The notes under the pieces were generated by a model. It was given only the letters and a program-made list of their open reading frames with translations. It had not been told where the DNA came from and ran no database searches. Shown in pieces: positions 61,098 to 64,000 of a stretch of 64,000 bases of DNA; position 1 is the stretch's first letter, and each line of letters starts with the position of its first letter. Source of the stretch: Candidatus Poribacteria bacterium (lineage in GTDB: Bacteria; Poribacteria; WGA-4E; JAJDTR01). Both the position numbers and the translations under genes were made by a program. The stretch is taken from assembly GCA_965222225.1 (NCBI GenBank), contig CBDCTK010000002.1, positions 1,920,001-1,984,000 of the forward strand, in the 5' to 3' direction.

Positions 61098-63319
61098 CGC
61101 CAAATACAAGGGACGAGAATCCGAGTTTTTGCACGCGATGGATGTCATCATCTTTGTAGGCGGTTTTTGGATTCTCCCAAGGCAGGTCACGACCTGTTGA
61201 GGTCTTGGGATCTGGCGGTTCATGTATCCGGACAAACACAAAGTGGGTTACCAAATATGTAACGAGACAGAACAGAACAAAAATGATAACGAATCGCCGG
61301 TCTTTTAAGAGCACCCAAGGTAAAAGAAGGGCCAGTAGAATCAACAGTAAAACAATGTATGGAAGCTCTAGTAGAAACATAGGTAGAAGGCAACGCCCGC
61401 AAATCAAACTGATCTGTGGGCGTTTTTGTTTTACTTCTGGCGATTCAGCGGGGCATTGCGCCGAAACACATAGCGGACGAGACGCGTTACGCCCTTACCG
61501 AACAGGTCATCCCACTCGCGCCTAGCGGCACAATATACAATTGCCGCAATGACCGCGATTCCAAGTCCCAAGCTCTCGAAATACATTGCCATCAACCCGG
61601 CATAGAATACAAAAGATTACTCCGCCGCTCGCCTGAACACGGGAAATATGGATTTCCCGCGTGTCCCCTTTTCACCGAGAACGCTTATGCCAAAGCAGGC
61701 TACCGCAATTGCTATAAGTAGGGTTGGTTTAGTCATCCTTCACACTCATTGTGTTAAGAATTGCTCCCATAGCGGGAACCCCTTTGAGATGGCACAGTGT
61801 GGGGGTTGGTCTCCGCTGATTCATCCCCGCCAAAGTTGTCATCACACATGACAAATTGCTCTGAATTAGTTCGTTTGAAAAAGCCTTGATGACGGCAATC
61901 ATCGGGACTTTTTCCATTTCCGCGTGATGTTGATGCCGCTTTGACTTGCACTATATTCGCCCACAATTCTAAGTGGTAAATTTTCTAAGAGTATATGCTA
62001 AGTGTTGGGGGCCGGTGCGGTTAGAAACCGCACCTACGGGAATTGTGGAATAGGTCTCTTGTGCCAGTCCAGGAAGACATAAATGCTTAGCGAGAAAACC
62101 GCCAATTATGGACGCATCAAAGAGAGGAGACAGTCCGCTCTGTTATCCACTATGTTAACGGGATGATTAAGATTGCGACGCCGACGCCGAGAAGGACGTT
62201 GCCAACGGTGAGATAGAAAAGTCTGTGCTTGTGGGTCTTGTCTCCTAATCTCCGTAGAATTAGAAACCCGACGATTGCCAAGATGCTTGCGATTATAAAC
62301 TTTTGGTCGTTTGACCAAGTGTCAATGAAGAGATGGAGCAATACCATTATTGCCGCGACTATGAAGCCGCTAATAAATAAGGCGATGAATTCGTTGGGAG
62401 TCGTTTTTGAAATACGCGGTGTTAATGCAACCAATCGAAAAAGGCGCTGACCACGATGGCTACTCCCGGTCCCGTGTCAGCCGTTGCGATTACGGTTATG
62501 GTCCCAACGGCGAATGAAACCAGTGAAAGAAAAGGGTAATCCGGCGCTCTATCTGGGGAATTCATTGAGTCAGGGCGGAGTTTCATAGCCTAGTTTGACG
62601 AACTTATCATGTTGTATCAGCCATGAACGATGCCAGTGCATTAGAAATGACGGACAAGCGTTATTACGTTGAAAACTATATTCAGGACGCAAAGCACACC
62701 ATACTCACACAACAGTATTATCAAGAATGTCCGCACACACGAAGATAGCCAAGTCCCTTTACTGTGGAGGGCTAATGCTAGGAGTAGAGCAAAGAAGCAC
62801 AACATGAAGTTCATTTGTAGCTTTGTGTGTCAGTTGGTCCAATAGAATATGTTGCCCGTAATTTCTCTTTCCTTTCCCATAAAGCATCAAATCGGGAAAA
62901 CCATGCCACGATTTTAGCGTGTAACTCTCGTTTCTCCTCCGAATTCAGTGAGAGAAAATCGGCTGGATCGGCAGGAATTATATACATCAACACACATCGT
63001 GACGCCAAGCCTTCGGCATCAAGCTCAACGCTTTTTTCCACATATGTCGGCAAGTTTGTTTAAATGTCACTAAACTGCTTTTCATTTTCCCTAACCTACG
63101 CCACGATGTCGGCATAATTCATATGTAAAACGAAATGTATAATCAGATGCACGCCCGCGTTCGCGATGAAAAGCTTGCATTTTCGTAGCTAATCCTTGCC
63201 ATTATCATCAATGAGAGACACTGTTATCTTTCCTTTCCACGAGGTTGCGGATGACGCACTAATCCGACGAGGGTGCCGACCAAGACTAGCGTGTATTGGT
63301 CAACATGCCAAATGCTAAC

Positions 63320-63580
63320 TTACTCGAAATACACTCCTCTCTTATTCATTTCCTTGATAAAATCATCAATTCCTCGGTCGGTTAGGTCAGCCAAACCATA
63401 TTCGCGTAGTTCTTCCGTCAAGATCATCGTAAACGCCTCCAAATACTGTTGACGCTCCTCAAGGGATAGTCGCGATAAATATTTAGCGGTGCTTCTACGC
63501 CCCTCTTCAAAAAGCGGTGCGGCTAACCAATCAAGCACCGATTCATCCTGCCGGTGCTCTCCAGAGAGATTCGAATCCAT
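63320..63580 (-). CDS. Hypothetical protein
   Basis: 86-aa ORF with protein-like composition, directly downstream of the next ORF. Confidence 0.4.
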   Translation of the reverse strand: MDSNLSGEHRQDESVLDWLAAPLFEEGRRSTAKYLSRLSLEERQQYLEAFTMILTEELREYGLADLTDRGIDDFIKEMNKRGVYFE

Positions 63581-63591
63581 GCGATCACCCG

Positions 63592-64000
63592 CTAATCTCC
63601 TTGCTCGATCCAGGGTTGCTCAATAGCAGTCTGCGGCAGTTCACCGAAGACAAGCTGAGCGGGAGTGCCGACCTCGTAATGCCACGATAAGCCATGATTC
63701 CACAGATGGGTGGTGTCGGACGCGCGCACAATCCGGACGGTACATATCCAATCCTTATCTTTTTCGATTCGGCGGCTGCCGGAATTTGAAGAGAGATGCC
63801 GAGAATACGGAATTGCACGTGATTCGATAGTCCCGGATTCGCACAGAATGAGACGCTCTCTTTTGTACGCCTCCCAGCCGGTGCGCCCACGGGGAAAGTA
63901 AGCGGTCTCAACGAGATGCACGGCGCGAGGGGAGCGGAGTGGAGCATTCCAACGTAATCGGTAAAAATAAGGTGCGTAGCGAAAATCTTCATAAGATCGT
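63592..64000 (-). CDS. Hypothetical protein, 5' end beyond the window
   Basis: The frame of ORF 63592-63921 stays open to the window edge. Confidence 0.35.
   Translation of the reverse strand, partial: RSYEDFRYAPYFYRLRWNAPLRSPRAVHLVETAYFPRGRTGWEAYKRERLILCESGTIESRAIPYSRHLSSNSGSRRIEKDKDWICTVRIVRASDTTHLWNHGLSWHYEVGTPAQLVFGELPQTAIEQPWIEQGD

Noticed and set aside
61100-63060. Small ORFs (61090-61407, 62150-62434, 62811-63053 and others)
   Set aside because: They are short, with no recognisable motifs and uncertain starts. They may be real small membrane proteins or remnants but cannot be supported from sequence alone.

Overview
Bacterial genomic window of about 55% GC by eye. Its gene content most resembles Candidatus Poribacteria (inference from domain architectures): many secreted WD40, LRR and TolB-like repeat proteins with cohesin/dockerin modules, NYPNPFNPETWIPY C-terminal domains or TIWGxxK tails. 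It also carries housekeeping and catabolic genes (heparinase II/III-like, potBC, moeB, Ldh_2, Gfo/Idh/MocA, penicillin acylase, acs), two identical IS701-family copies, one IS982-family copy, several pseudogenes and many GTAG-type REP palindromes. The most striking feature is a tiny dispersed element of about 37-38 nt, (G)ATCAA-XX-GA-YY-GRWYA-Y'Y'-GA-X'X'-GCGATAG-N3-4-TCCY, found at roughly 45-50 intergenic loci by manual count. Its variable dinucleotides co-vary as base pairs around fixed tandem G.A mismatches. It inserts without target duplication, usually replacing 1-2 nt after a G (often at GC), into REPs and into other copies of itself (nested, both orientations), and it sits at breakpoints of partial gene duplications. 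No cognate enzyme is evident in the window. Separately, moeB has an in-frame TGA at its conserved Cys, making it a candidate selenoprotein. All counts and coordinates were obtained by eye.
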